DNA from: Haliotis cracherodii
Lineage: Eukaryota
Assembly (NCBI RefSeq): GCF_022045235.1
Contig: NW_027266343.1
Coordinates: forward strand, 18,290,001-18,354,000
Length of the DNA stretch: 64,000 nt
Reading direction: 5' to 3'
Position numbers and translations under genes: made by a program. Under the pieces are notes generated by a model that had not been told where the DNA came from, did not search any database, and worked only from the letters and a program-made list of their open reading frames with translations. Shown piece by piece: positions 1 to 14,122 of the stretch. Numbering within the stretch: the stretch's first letter is position 1; each line of letters opens with the position of its first letter.

Positions 1-185
1 CAGAAATTTTCCAAATCTTGTCATGTTTTTAATCCAGATGCTCACATTTTCATGAACTCCGCGTAGTAAGACCCATTTTGTGACAATATAGATCTTGATT
101 ATCGATCAGATCGTCTTCACTGGGAAACGCCATTTTATATGCAGCAAAAGCAAGTAATTTGAGAGGTGGCATCTGATTGGTCAAT
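1..185 (-). promoter_or_regulatory. Candidate CCAAT/TATA promoter and start of another first exon (MTRFGKFL...)
   Basis: On the - strand: CCAATCAG (180-173), ATATAAAA (140-133), a local CpG cluster, then AAAAACATG at 24 with the frame open to the window edge. Confidence 0.35.
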
Positions 186-2444
186 AGGAGGGACATAGAA
201 GGGACATAACTTGTATTAGCCACTGGTTGTGCTATGATCAAGCCAAGCAATTCCAGCCAAGTTTTAAACTTTTAAAATCAGTTAACTCCCTTGCCTCGAG
301 AAGATTATAAGTTCACAACTTGTTAAATTTGTTACATCTACAACCTATCAGCTAGGTACTTGTTACATTTTTTTTTCTAGACAAACACAAATAGTTGGCG
401 TTAAGACACAAACAGACTCCTTCTTTGTGTAATGATAAAAGTAAGGTTAAATAAATAGAGCTTAGGAAGAAAGATGGAAAATTCATAGTATACATTTTCA
501 TGAATTGGTTGGTTCAAACAAAGATGACCCCATGGTGCCTCATTAATTCACTGAATGTCTCAAAATGAATGTTTGTCTTGTCTTGTCCTCACATACTCCA
601 CCCTTGAAATCAGTCCACCATCAGACATTATTTCCATCAACACACCATAAGCACTATCATCCAATCAAGAAACACTTTTTCTTAATCTGAGCCCTTTTTA
701 CCCAAATCTCCCCAACATTGCAGCTCTGATTCATCTCCCCATCTCTTCATAACTGACATTCATTACTGTAAGAGAGGCTAAGGCAGAGATAAGCAGCAGG
801 AGGATCAGGGACATCCACATTGCCCACATCTCCCCCTGATAAGGCCAGCTGCACCCTAGTTAGAGGGCAATGGCACAAATCGCTCCTGTACCCAGTTCCA
901 ACATGTGTATCATCAAGTCACGGCTGCATTCTCAGCTTCAGACAGAAAACATATGATGTGAACCCAAACAAGTCAATGACCCCAGCCCATGACCCCTGCC
1001 CAAGACCCCACCCCATGAACCCAACCCAAGACCCCAGCCCAAAACACCAGGCCAAGCCCCCAGCCCCCACCCCACCCCAGGTTTTACAGCGTGCCATTTC
1101 AACAGTGTCCCCTGGCAGAAGAGATCCATTCAACTCTCTCAATATTTCAGCAGTTTCTTGAAAGAGTGAAGCGATTCATTGATAAATATCAGTGCATAGT
1201 TTAAGGACCATACATTGCCATGACAAACTGTCAATTATTACTTGGTTTACAGATCCATGCATGGCGCCATGAACTCAAAACTTCAAAAATGTGGAATGTC
1301 TTATTTTCTTGATGCCAGACAATTCTTCACAGCTTACACACAACATGTTTTTACAATCTTAATTATGTTCTTATCTTAACCACTGACACTATTCAGAACA
1401 AACTACATGGTTAACCATGTGATTAAGAAACAGAAGCCCAAGCCTCTTATCAACAAACCTGTGCTCCTTCGGCAAAACTGGGGAAGAAGAGACAGTTGGA
1501 GCTGTTTCACAAGATCTGTCCATTAAGTGCTCTTCAGGCAAAACTCAGGAAGGAGAGACAGTTGGATCTTTTTCACAAGATCTGTCCATTAATTGGTCAG
1601 CCCCGTTCTATATGTCACTAGACAAGCAGCTAGCCCCAGGGAGAGTGAGTGAGTCAGCAAATATTACTATAATGCTGCATCGTCATTTTTCTGGTATTTG
1701 TGGCCCCCACGGAAGTAAATCAAGGCTATGCTCAATGAAAACAATGACCTCTTATTACAAAGCACCAGGAAATATTTGGTGATACATTGAGTCATACACC
1801 GAAAGTCATTGACCTGCTGGAGGGGGCCAGGAGGGGGACCAGGGACAATCAAGGAAGCAGCCTTTGGAGTCTACTAGCCCAAACCAGGCTTCTGACATCA
1901 TTTTCAGTAGAGTTTAGTGTTAATCAATGGACTTTTATTAACAAAGCTTTCTAGACCAAAAGAAATTTGACTAGACTCAGGCTACTGAGTGGCTGAAGAA
2001 ACAGACAAGGCAATAGAAGAAACCCAGCAAATGGCATTCTGTACTCAACCACAGGCACTGGAAAGACTTGGTTTTTAGCGAAATCATTTTTCAGTTTTTT
2101 AATATAACCGTATTCATCAGCATGAAAGTCTAGGGGTCCATTACCCTAATGTTTAAAAGTAAAGACTGAAGGGGACCCTGGGTCCAAATAACACCGCAGC
2201 AAACCCCACTGATATCATATTTTGAGCCTGGAGCCTGATCAGCTAAGCATTCTCAGCTTATTTTTCAACATCTGAATGAAAGAAATACTGGCAGCACAGA
2301 ATCATTCTGTTCTCAGTAAGTCTAGAGTTGGATATCTTTGAAAACCTAGGTGAGGGGAAATGGGGTTTAATGTCACATTAAGAATTATTTCATTATATGT
2401 TCACACAAACATAACTTGCTGGTCAATAAGAAAACTCTCTCTCT

Positions 2445-2575
2445 NNNNNNNNNNNNNNNNNNNNNNNNNNNNNNNNNNNNNNNNNNNNNNNNNNNNNNNN
2501 NNNNNNNNNNNNNNNNNNNNNNNNNNNNNNNNNNNNNNNNNNNNNNNNNNNNNNNNNNNNNNNNNNNNNNNNNNN
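2445..2575. other. Assembly gap (N run) after a CT repeat
   Basis: N characters. Confidence 0.99.
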
Positions 2576-3640
2576 GATTTGTTTGGTGTCACACTAATGG
2601 TATAAAGACTAACACCTACTTCAGGATAGGATCCCACTTTCCATCTTTGACAAAGAAAACCAATAAATACTACACAGCTCTGATTCAAAGACATCTGTGC
2701 CAAGTCCCATAGCTCTACTTTTTAAGCCAATTGATATTTCCCTATAAAGTAAATGTAGTTATCACACTGATCAATGGAAGCCTGATACATCATGACACAC
2801 GTGAGTCAACTGTTTGGAGTGAGTCATGGCTATTTATAAAACACATCAGCTGACATAGATTTGTCCTGATGACCCAGGAAGGAGACCGGGATATCTAGGA
2901 AGTAGAGGAAACCCAGCCCATGCCATTCTGTACTCAACCACAGGCAGCGGGAAAGAATGGGTTCTAGAAAAAACACTTTTTCAAATTTTTTTACATTTAC
3001 ATATATATATAGCATTCGAAATCAGGCACGAAAGTCTTTGGGTCCATGTCGTAACTGTAATGCTAGAAGTTGCAGCTTCAAGGAGTCTTGGGTTAAAATA
3101 CACACACGGTATATGCTGAAGACCCAATGTTACCTCTTTGATTAAATCAAATGTCACATAACAATATTTTTCATTCTCTTTAAATTTTGTAACTTTGCAC
3201 TATTGCCCAAAACAGTGTGCTGAAACATTATTCTATGCTTTTTCAATGAAACTCTCATCAACATTTTGGAATGTCCTATTTTTAACAACGACTGAATACA
3301 TACTTTGTCCATCAAACACTATGGTGTACACAGATATATATCTCAACCTAGACTTGCACAAAACTCAAAGGCAATAATTATTAGTTTAAATCATAATTTC
3401 TAGATAATGTAAATAATAAGAACAAGTTGTCTCTATAAGAGACTGTCCACATATCTAGATTTGCCTATTAGGACGATAGAATTACTACATATTCCTGGAC
3501 TTTTCTCTCAGTACAGCCTTGGAGCAAGGCTAATCTCCACCTGGCAATGGACCTATTGTGTAGCTGTGGTGAACAATGGTGAAAGGGACATAACCTCTCC
3601 TGTCTTCTTCCGCAGATGACTCTATAACATATTTTGGAAA

Positions 3641-3643
3641 GTG

Positions 3644-3679
<36 letters not shown>

Positions 3680-3684
3680 TGTGC
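3641..3684. repeat. (GTGC)n microsatellite
   Basis: Direct inspection. Confidence 0.9.
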
Positions 3685-3880
3685 ATGTATGTGAGTGCAA
3701 GCATGCGTGTTGTTACTGCTGCAGCTATATTTCAGTGATGTCACAGCACCCTGTACACAAACGATTCTTTATCAGTCAAACCAGTGACTGAAAGCATGAA
3801 CATACCAAGACTTCAGGGCACAATGACATGCAATCAGACAAGTCACAGGTCTTGACCAAGTGAGTTCATAAATATGTATA

Positions 3881-4053
3881 CAGTAAACATGGTAAACAAC
3901 GTTTATAACAAACATGCTTATAGTGAATTGGCGGATATAATGAACTGTGCTTTTGGTCCCGGCCATCTGCTGTATATATGCTTATAACGAACTATGGTTA
4001 TAACAAACTAAAATTTGTGGTCCCTTTGAGTTCGTTATAACCATAGTTTGTTG
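3881..4053. mobile_element. Tigger/pogo-like MITE
   Basis: Same family as 37853-38027. A family A SINE sits immediately at its right end. Confidence 0.75.
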
Positions 4054-4055
4054 TA

Positions 4056-4227
4056 TGAGTGAGTGAGTGAGTGGGTATGGTTTTACGCCACTTTTAGCAA
4101 TATTCCACCAATATCACGGCGGGGGACACATGAAATGGGCTTCACACATTGTACCCATGTCGGGAATGGAACCCGGGTCTTCGGCATGACGAGCGAACGC
4201 TTTAACCACTAGGCTACCCGACCGCCC
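4056..4227 (-). mobile_element. tRNA(Asp-like)-derived SINE, family A
   Basis: Head GGGTAGCCTAGTGGTTAAAGCGTTCGCTCGTCA..GAAGACCCGGGTTC with A/B boxes and a GTC anticodon-like loop, plus a (TCAC)n tail. Several copies in the window. Confidence 0.9.
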
Positions 4228-5552
4228 TGTTTTCTGTATGAACATAATTATACTCAGAGTAGGGCAAATGAACACAAATCATTGATGCTTCTCAAGGATA
4301 AGGCTAAGCATGTAAAACCATGGTCTTCAGGCAATGACTGCAAAACATTGCTGTGGTTACAGTTCTTTTTAAAACAGTGGTATCAAAGGGTACAAGTATA
4401 TTTTAAGTCTCATTTATATAAATAAAATGCTTTTGGCAAAAGTATTATAAATATGTTTGTTTTACAGGGACAATTCGATTCAGCCGAACAACCCAGGATG
4501 AAAACATTTTTTTTTCATGTTACAATAAAAAACATGAAAAATTACCAACATCAGTTATCCCTGATTCTATAAAAGTCTAAATGAAGGTGTGTATCAGACC
4601 GTTACAGAGTTGTTACTGTACATCACTCTTCCCATCAAATTATAGCTACATTAAACTGATGGGAATTGCTTCACCATCCCTAGACTCCTGCAAATGTAAA
4701 CATGATAAAATTATGCCTGTCCAAATCGCTATGTGAAACAGACCATCCTATGAGCCTTCTGGTGGGTGTGGACTGTAACTCTCAGGACCTGAACCAACTT
4801 CTCATATTATCATGTTACATTTATTGAATTCATTCAAAATCTTTTCTAATATTCCCAGAACACACCCATTTGAAATAATTTTGTAAGAGCTTGTAAATTA
4901 TTCCTCTTTGGGAGGGACTGTCAACGCTCAATAGATACATTAAGAGAAATGAAATAAATACCTGCTCACTTTAAAAAGTTATCTAAAAACAACATTGCTT
5001 ATAACTGACAAGAACATTTTCAAATTCTTAAATTTCACTAATACACTTTTAATAAACCCTCATGCATAGTTTCCTACATTTAGATTCAAAGGCGCTGTTG
5101 TTTACAGTTAAACGTTCTTTAATCAACAAGCCCCATGCTCATATATCAAAGGCTTAGCTTTGGTTCCCTGATTCTACGTAAGATTTTGGAAATGATAATA
5201 AACAGTTATGCACCTAGTGACATCATAGGCTCTGGATATTACCGCTGAGTTCACAGATTACAGAGAAAAGATGTGCAATGCTTTAACATGTGTTTGTACT
5301 TACAGTACCATCAGGTTAAATAGGAAAGAAATCTATGTTACGAAGTTGTAGCTAAAGCCATGACATCTGTGTAAATGGCTGACCTTATTTCAAAATTCAC
5401 AGCAAAATGCTCCAAATCATATTTCAAGCTATGTGTGAGCAAAAACAAATGGAATATTCTGTCTTGCCCCTGGAGTATTGTAAAGCTAGTAAGTAACAAA
5501 TCAGACTTGTTGACCTTCTTGGACAACTGGTGTGCAGTTACAGATGTTGATT

Positions 5553-5719
5553 GGTGTTGATTGTTGTTAAACACCACAATATTCCAGCTATATGATGGTG
5601 CTCTGAAAATAATCAAGTCTGGACCAAATAATCCAGTGATTGACATTATGAGCATCAATCTACGCAATTGGGCAAACATGGGTTGCTGAAGACATATTCT
5701 AGCCCGCAGCTTCACGGGT
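5553..5719 (-). mobile_element. SINE-like family B, internally deleted (other relics 25820-25990, 29065-29138, 34288-34490, 43010-43130, 52390-52560, 60575-60670)
   Basis: Both ends match the family B consensus. Confidence 0.8.
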
Positions 5720-6109
5720 TGGTGTGTAGTTACAGTAACAATCAAGGGGTAGAAACTATGTGAGGGAATTTTGGTTTGCACTGCTAGGAACAGTATTCCA
5801 GTACTCCCCCATCCTCCTCAGATAATAATTCTCAAAGTTCCCTGCCAACCTCATAACCCAACTCTCAAGACCTTTCCAGTTCCAGCCTCCATGAAACATC
5901 TTTCCTCCAGCTCTCAACCCTCAGTCCACCACATGCCACTTCTAATTTTCTTCGTGGTTCTCCCAGATCTCTACTCCAGATCCTAGCCTCCTGGCCTACT
6001 TTTGCCCAACCTTCACAGAACTCTCTTCCCTCTGCCCCAATTTCTCCAAGACTCACACTCACAACTTTCTTTCCAGCTCTCCTCCCTGACTCTTCAGTCA
6101 TTGTCACTT

Positions 6110-6440
6110 ACCCACCAGCTCCTGCTAGCCTCACCCCTATCTCTGCTAGCCTCACCCCCTCTCCTGCTCACCACACCCCCACCCCTGCTCGCCTAACCCC
6201 CACCCCTGCTAGCCTCAACCCACCAGCTCCTGCTAGCTTCACCCCCACCCCTGCTAGCCTCACCCCCACCCCTGCTAGCATCATCCCCACCCCTGCTAGC
6301 CTCACCCCACCCCTGCTAGCATCACCCCCACCCCTGTGAGCCTCACCCCACCCCTCCTAGCCTCACCCCACCCCTGTTCCTGTTAGACTTACCCCCACCC
6401 CTGCTAGCCTCACCCCCTTCCTAACCCCTGCTAGTTTCAC
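6110..6440. repeat. C-rich ~20-21 bp degenerate minisatellite
   Basis: Repeated CCCCTGCTAGCCTCACCCC(C)A. The complementary strand is G-rich and G4-prone. Confidence 0.85.
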
Positions 6441-6744
6441 CCAGCAACCCCCCTCCTTTGCCACTTTCCCTCCCTCAAGTGTTCCCCCTCCCAGCTCCTC
6501 CTGTCCCACTTTCCCCTGTCAAGATGCCACATGCTCCATGTATCCGGTTCTGCTGCCATGTAACACGATTTGACGTCATTTGGCTTATAATGCCACATGT
6601 TTCCCAGCTTACATGAAATAACAATTGGTGACTAACATACTTCGGTCATACAACAACAACATGCATGCAATCATACCCTGTAGCACAGCATCCTTCTACT
6701 TCATCTGGGCAATGCCTCACAACACTGTACGCGATGAACCTCAC

Positions 6745-7398
6745 GACCACGCTACATGCTCAGTGCTGTAGTAGGAGATAAGATACAGGGTGTCTTACGT
6801 GATGACCACGCTACATGCTCAGTGCTGTAGTAGGAGATAAGATACAGGGTGTCTTACGTGATGACCACGCTACATGCTCAGTGCTGTAGTAGGAGATAAG
6901 ATACAGGGTGTCTTACGTGATGACCACACTACAGGCTCAGTGCTGTAGTAGGAGATAAGATACAGGGTGTCTTACGTGATGACCACACTACAGGCTCAGT
7001 TCTGTAGTAGGAGATAAGATACAGGGTGTCTTACGTGATGACCACACTACAGGCTCAGTGCTGTAGTAGGAGATAAGATACAGGGTGTCTTACGTGATGA
7101 CCATGCTACATGCTCAGTGCTGTAGTAGGAGATAAGATACAAGGTGTCTTACGTGATGACCACACTACAGGCTCAGTGCTGTAGTAGGAGATAAGATACA
7201 GGGTGTCTTACGTGATGACCACACTACAGGCTCAGTGCTGTAGTAGGAGATAAGATACAGGGTGTCTTACGTGATGACCACACTACAGGCTCAGTGCTGT
7301 AGTAGGAGATAAGATACAGGGTGTCTTACGTGATGACCACACTACATGCCCAGTGCTGTAGTAGGAGATAAGATACAGGGTGTCTTACGTGATGACCA
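6745..7398. repeat. 59-bp minisatellite, ~11 near-identical copies
   Basis: Unit GACCAC(G/A)CTACA(T/G)GCTCAGTGCTGTAGTAGGAGATAAGATACAGGGTGTCTTACGTGAT. Confidence 0.96.
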
Positions 7399-7922
7399 TC
7401 AGGCTCTGTACTCCGATGATCATAAACATGATAAAGGCCAGATCTTTTATATCCACAGTTCTAGTTTTCATAGAGTTTATGCATCATATCAAAATTATTA
7501 AAGAATGGTATGAAGCATATATGTTATGGAATACTTGAAAAATCAGAGACTATTAGTTACATTTTTGGCAGAATTCCACCGCAAGTGGATAATTTGGCAT
7601 ATCTACAAATGTGCCACTGCTGGAGTAATCTCCAGATAGGAAACCACATTTTTTTGTCATTTGGTTTTTATTGACGTCAAGTCATGCCACATACACGGCT
7701 GTATTCAACAAAAATAATGATACAAAAACTTGGCCAATGCTTATATGGTTAGCACTTTACCAATGACAACATTTGTATCGTATTTATTAACATGATAATG
7801 AGTAATTAAATCATCACACCAATAATCTTAGAACCTGGACCCAACTCTGTGCCCCGTTTCACATAACGATCTTCGTATAACATAGACATATGATAGATGT
7901 AGTGCTAAATATCTGTTTATGG

Positions 7923-8040
7923 AGTGAGTGAGTGAGTATGGTTTTATGCTGCTTTTAGCAATATTCCAGCAATATCATGTCGGGAATCGAACCTGGGTCT
8001 TCGGCGTGACGAGCGAACGCTTTAACCACTAGGCTACCCC
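7923..8040 (-). mobile_element. SINE family A, internally deleted
   Basis: Same head and tail, flanked by TSD CTGTTTATGG(A). Confidence 0.88.
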
Positions 8041-8329
8041 CTGTTTATGGAACAACCACCAGTTATTAAGTGACCAATTACACACATTGTCAATTATGAA
8101 TACCTACATCCAACAATACAATGCAATTCAAGTACACTCTTATATAATACAGGATGCTAACACTTAAAAGCCCACCATGTTCAACTTTCGAACATCTGTA
8201 GCTAGCTGATGTTATCCATTTTATGATGAGGAAGGGGGTCTTTTGTTTATATGTATCAATTAACCCTGTCAACTCCAGGAACCTTGCTCCTTGATATACA
8301 GTTTTATTGTCTGTTAAATACGCTCTTAA

Positions 8330-8505
8330 TAGTCTGTCTTACAGACCCTGATACATTTATATCAACTACAGCCCATGCACGTCTATAATGTTTGGCAAGT
8401 CTAGATTACTGCAGTATCCGGAAAATGAAGAGAATCACTGGGCTCCCTTTTTATTAGATTTTTACTTTCTGTATATGTTCATTTCAGAGACTATATGTTA
8501 GTCTA
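8330..8505. mobile_element. Dispersed ~180-bp element with TAG...CTA ends (copies 14960-15153 inverted, 17343-17515, 23471-23628)
   Basis: Shared core TACAGCCCATGCAAGTCTA..GCAAGTCTAGATTACTGCAGTATC in the copies. Confidence 0.75.
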
Positions 8506-9077
8506 ACGCTCTTAAGAATGCCATATTTTACGTTTCCAAGTTGCACTTCATTAACATATTCATGTTCATCAAAGATTCTTTTTGATGGTAGCATAATGAC
8601 TATAAGGGACCGACCATATGATTTGATATTCTTGGGGGGGGTGGGGGGGAGCCTAGAATTTTGCATTGAGACTAGGTATTTGTAAGAAAAACACCTTGTT
8701 ACTATGTGATTTTCTAACAGTGGATTTCTTTTTTTTCAACAGTCTGAAGCATAATTATTTTTTAAAGACTTTTTATGGACACAGGACAATGTCGGGTTTA
8801 TTTTATAAAAAAAAAGGTAGGCCCCAAATGGACAACACACCAGTCTATCACTTTGACTCTAATGAAACCAAATAAGTACTTCTCTGCATATTGGTTATAT
8901 CTGTGTGTCGTGTTCTGTAAGGCCTGTTTAGGAAGGTGTCCTTATTTGATGATTATCTTAATCTCAATCACACCCCTTGGATCCTACCACAAGCCATGGG
9001 ACTCCGTGTTGTGGGGGCCATCTGAGGAGAGATGACTGATTTGGTCAGTCCATTGGGGTAACCAAGGTATTTGCATT

Positions 9078-9158
9078 GGGGGAAGGGGGGAGGGGGGATG
9101 GGGGGGGGGGGGGGGGGGGGGGGGGGGATGGGGGGGGGGGGATTGGGGGGGGGGGGGG
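9078..9158. repeat. Poly-G tract
   Basis: Direct inspection. Confidence 0.9.
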
Positions 9159-9404
9159 TGTAAGGCTATATAAATGGTACATGACTGGATCTTTGTTTAC
9201 ACATGGACAGGGACACAAGGAAGTAACTCATTATGGAATTATCATCTTTCTAGCGCTCTGATTTGATACTCAGTTCAGAATTTCGACATTAAGCAATTAT
9301 AAGTTTAGTCCTAAGGGCCACTGACATGTCACCCTCGTGTAAACAAACAACAATCTGTATATCTAAAAGCAAGTCAAAGGTGAATGTTATTTTACGCAAC
9401 ACTC

Positions 9405-9636
9405 AGTTTGTTTGTTGGTTGTTTAACGTCACACTCAACAATGTATGATGATGGTCTATAAATAATCAAGTCTGCACCAGACAGTGCAGTGATTGACATC
9501 ATGAGCATTGATCCACGCAATTGGGATACGCTGACATGCATCAACCAGGCCAGCAAGCCTGACCACCTGAATCCATTACTCGCCTCTTACAACAAGCAAA
9601 GTTGCCTTTTGACGGCACGCATGTGTTGCTGAAGAC
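9405..9636 (-). mobile_element. SINE-like family B
   Basis: Same consensus, slightly 5'-truncated. Confidence 0.82.
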
Positions 9637-12600
9637 GCCACACTTAGAAAGAATCAAGATATACCATGGCAGCCTGAAGGTAACAGTCTAGTCAGGCAAA
9701 CTAGTGGCTGACAGCATGAGCAATGACCATTGCCGGATTACCTGAGCAAAAACTTATGACAGCAAATATAGTGGTATGTATTGAATACAGGAATCAGTTT
9801 CTCTATACACAGCACCATATAAACAAATACAATACAAATCTCTTATACATAGCACAGTATTCTTTAACTCAAATACAGTTGACACAAACCAATTAAGTTC
9901 TTGAAACTCTTGGTCATGTTGTCAGGGTTTATTTGAGTTTTGAGGGCATTAGTCCTCAAATTAAATATCTTTAACAAAAGGGAAAAAACATGTTTTCAAA
10001 CTCATTTGAAACACAAGAAATGTATTTGCCCAAGGCTTTTCATAATATACATGATATACACACAGTAATGTCTCTTTTCTATGCTTCTATTCAACAAGAA
10101 GCAGGTAAGACAAGGCTGAATTCCTAAATGTCTCCATGAAGACAATGAATCGACATGTTAGATACAGAGATATTCCAGTAGAACTTTCGTCAACACTAAT
10201 CATAAATCACAATGAAAAACAGTTATCTCTCAAAATATCAATCTTTGTGTAATTAGTCAGTATTGATTAGTGTCTCTGAACTATTTATACTAATTGGCAA
10301 ATCAAGCTGTCATTAATCAGAATTAATTACCATCACACGCAACTTAGTCCTCCTGCCAAGCTGACCAACATTCCACAAAACTATGCCATCTCAAAACAGT
10401 TTCCATGGAAACAAAACTTAACCATCAGTATAATTTTTCACATAATTGTCATAAAAGTGATTAATCACGCTTAACAAGAATATTTTCATGCACTTGTCAG
10501 CAGTAATTATAGGCTATGTCTCAGTTGTGGGTCTTAATTTAAGGACACATCAAAGACTCCCCAACAGGCTAGGCATCATATCACACTGTAGGGAGCCAGG
10601 GCCATATCAGGGTTCTCCCTTGGAGCACCGGATTACAAGGGGTGTGCAATAATTGCCATAATACTATAGGTGGGACACATTCATTTTGAATTAAATGATT
10701 TTAATGCATCAGTTGGGTATTTATAGTATCACATCTTATTCAAATCAAAATAGTCACCTGGGTTCTTGACGTCTGCCGCTACAGTATTTCAATCTAGGGA
10801 CCCCCAACCTGGCCTAAATCTCTGATTTTTCACATAACATTTGTGACAAGGACCCATTGAGCTTCGAGGTTAATTTTGAACGCTGTCAAAGCTAAATTGA
10901 AACATCATTATGATCAAGTCGATCATCAATGTCATGGTAATTATGACTTTGATAATTAATAAATAGTTATTCTAATATTATAGTAATCAAAATGAAATAA
11001 TAGGAAATGTGTACGATGTATCAAGACATATCTGAGTCACCATTACAATGCTTTATCTGTCAGACAGCTACCATAATAGCTGGTATGGCAAATAAGCGAG
11101 TGATTTTAGTTTTACACCATTTAAGGCGATATGCCAGCTATATAATGACAGTTCACACTGAAAATTTGGCCTCACACACTGTATCCTTTTGGGAAATCGA
11201 AACCAGCCAATCTGACAGACAACACGTAAACAACCAGGCGACACAACTGTTCTTCACATTATCACAAAGAAACTGTGATCCATTGAATAATAGTGACAAA
11301 AGACTTTCCAAACCTTTAAATTGACAATTGACAGTCTATGTTACTGAATTATATTAGACAGCTGTTTCAGTTACAACTGGTCAATGAAATGTAATAAAAA
11401 TTAAACAATACTTAAAGTGCTTTACATGAAACACTTATTTGCATGATAATTATCATGATAAGGTCCCCCAAAAAACCTAACTAATCCAATAAAGTAAACA
11501 AATACCAAATCTTTTCAAGACTTAGGATCAAGTTCTTTCAAATTGATTCTGTGTGAGCGTTGTCAAGCCATCCGAGTTAGCAAACAAAGAAACCGGAATC
11601 GGATGGAATTAAATGGCCAATTATTGTCTTCAACCAGATCAATAGCAATCCTGTATTTAGGCACGGCAGGTCGGACCCTCACTTGAAATTATATCAGTTT
11701 GGGTGGGAGAATGGTGAGTGGGGAGAGGGTTGGGGCAGACAAATGTGTGGAGTCTCTGTCTCCTGCTGCACTCGGATGCCCACTTGTCATTGAACCATGT
11801 CCATCACTGCACTGTACAAAGTCCAGGCTGTAAACCTTGGAGCGTGCCAGACTCTGTCCTCCCTTGTGTTGACAGCTGCTAACATGGCTAAGGAGAGGTT
11901 CTGTGTTCTAGCCTATAGTAATTGATCCGTAGTGCTATTGTACTGCAGGGTTTAATTAAGACAGACTATAGTGTTTTTCTACATTTCATCTATTGTACTT
12001 GTAAGGTTTGGAGGGGTTTTATGACAAGCATGTTTCAGCTGAATATCTCCTCAGACTTCAACAATTCGTAGAAATAACAAACATAGCTTCCCAATCTGTG
12101 GAATTCTGTAGATCTGCAGAAGTCATTCACGGTTAAAAAACAGCCTCCAGAGGCAATGCTACTGTCAACGTTATGTTAACAACGCAACATGCTGGTCTGA
12201 CGTTTGCAGCAGCAGGTTTGGCATGTAGGGTCCTCCTTGGCTTACCATGTCTGATTTTTCCCAAACAGAATATCCACTTTTCAAGTATGTATCTAAAATA
12301 CCATGTGATCTTAATGAGGGGAACCCTCTCAGAAAACAGTTATACTGGACTTGTTGTAAACAATCTTATAAGTCAGAGAGAACTAGACATGGTAAACAAA
12401 ATGAAACAAAACTAAAACTCCCTGAAATGTTCCATATCCTTATCATGTTCGTGTTCCGACTTCTAAATGCTAATCAAAGACTTTGTTAACTGTTTCTATT
12501 ATAACACCAAACAAAGCAAACACGACAGCAACTCTGGGATAACCAATTTCATGGTAGCTTAGTACAAGGCCAAGTGCACTGGAGACTAGTAAAAGGCTAA

Positions 12601-14122
12601 CCCCATGCCTTCAGGCACAACAAGCTCCAGAGCTGTTCCCTCTCCTCCCCTGGTGCATGTAGCCTGTGTGTAGACAAAGCAGATGAACAAAGCTCTTCCC
12701 TCCTCCTCCCAAGCCCCTCCCACTGACCTCACCCCCTTCTCTAGCTACTGTTCAGTAACAGGACACTGGTACACTTGGCCTCACTGCTAATATACTAGCT
12801 GTGACTATAACCATCATCACATCACAACTGAGGAAGTTGATCATGTCCACTTGTCCTTTATGTGTACATATTTGATGTGTTTGTGTAACATACACTGCAT
12901 CTTTCCTTTAATGGAATGTTTTGCAATAAATAGTATCTTATCTATCTTATGTTCACATTGAATCATATTGTATTTATGTTATAAAGTGTCAAAGAATGTA
13001 GTTCCTAGAAATTACAGCATCATTTATCTACAATGCCATAGATCCTGAATCCCTTGCAGCTGGACAACAGACTGTTAAATTCATTACAAGCTGTGACAGT
13101 CCTGGACCATGTCACATGGACAATAATATGCACTGAAAGTCAATTAAGTTTCAAAGAAACGAAATCCTTGTCTTGCTGCCAACTGTTCCACAAACTCTGA
13201 AATATTGATGGCCAGGATGCAGATTTCTCCCGTCAACTCCGGCTGTCACAACAGCACATACATATCCAACACATTTATATGGGAATACAGTGAAATGTCA
13301 ATGACGTCTCAGAAGACTACAGAATAAAGGAAACCCCTCCAGTGTGCTGTGAAGCAGCTGGGAGCTCCACATGGTACCATGTTTACATTATGGGCAAACA
13401 GTCTGGTTTGAAAATGGCCAATTGTAAACCTGTGCCAGTAGGGTAGGTTGGAACTGTGAAATGTTGCAGTGAGACAGGAACCATGTCTACAAAATAACGT
13501 TAAGTTAAATGCTGTTTTGTATTTGAAATGAACACATAATGACCTGTGAGAACAAAATAGTTAAAAAACATGAACTCATTCCATATGATATAGCAGATCT
13601 TTACTAGTGTACAGTAGCCACTGGCAGCTAAAAATGTCTAAACTGCCACTTCAGGCAGTCTTCACTGAGGTGATAAATCTTTAACATAACATGCCAATTT
13701 GTTGACAGAATATCTAGCTGGAGAAAACAATGCAACAAGCTGAAAATAACTTTAAAGTTTCCACTTTCCACATTCTGAATTCCATGTAATTTATCAACTT
13801 ATATAATTTACATGTCGAAACAAAAACATTCAATATGTTGTAAACATGGTATGCTTCCACAGATAAACAAGGAAGAGAGAATGGAAAAAAATGTTTTCCC
13901 CGTAAACATGAAAGAATATGACTGTGGTGTTATGATTATACTCGTGATAATCATAACTTTTGTCTCTAACATACTCAACTCAACAATAGCATGGCACTGA
14001 CAACGACAACATGTCCCACAATTCAAACCCAACTGGCACAGTTATATGACTAATCACCCATAGCTAAATGTCAAACAAGCAACAGCAGTACCCTGATTTA
14101 AAAACAAGTATGTCAAACTCAC

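Noticed and set aside
820-1161. Pro-rich 113-aa ORF
   Set aside because: Arises from C-rich low-complexity sequence, with no exon support.
4130-4227. tRNA-Asp gene
   Set aside because: No intact acceptor stem. It is always fused to the same body and (TCAC)n tail, often with TSDs, so it is a SINE head.
6676-6765. Selenoprotein exon (CAC TGA then an open Cys-rich frame on the - strand)
   Set aside because: No recognisable selenoprotein family or SECIS, so the TGA is more simply a stop.
6745-7398. CRISPR-like regular array
   Set aside because: Units are contiguous with no unique spacers, the context is eukaryotic, and there are no cas genes. The same applies to 62420-63925.
9076-9261. Gly-rich protein
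   Set aside because: Translation of a poly-G tract, possibly with sequencing error.
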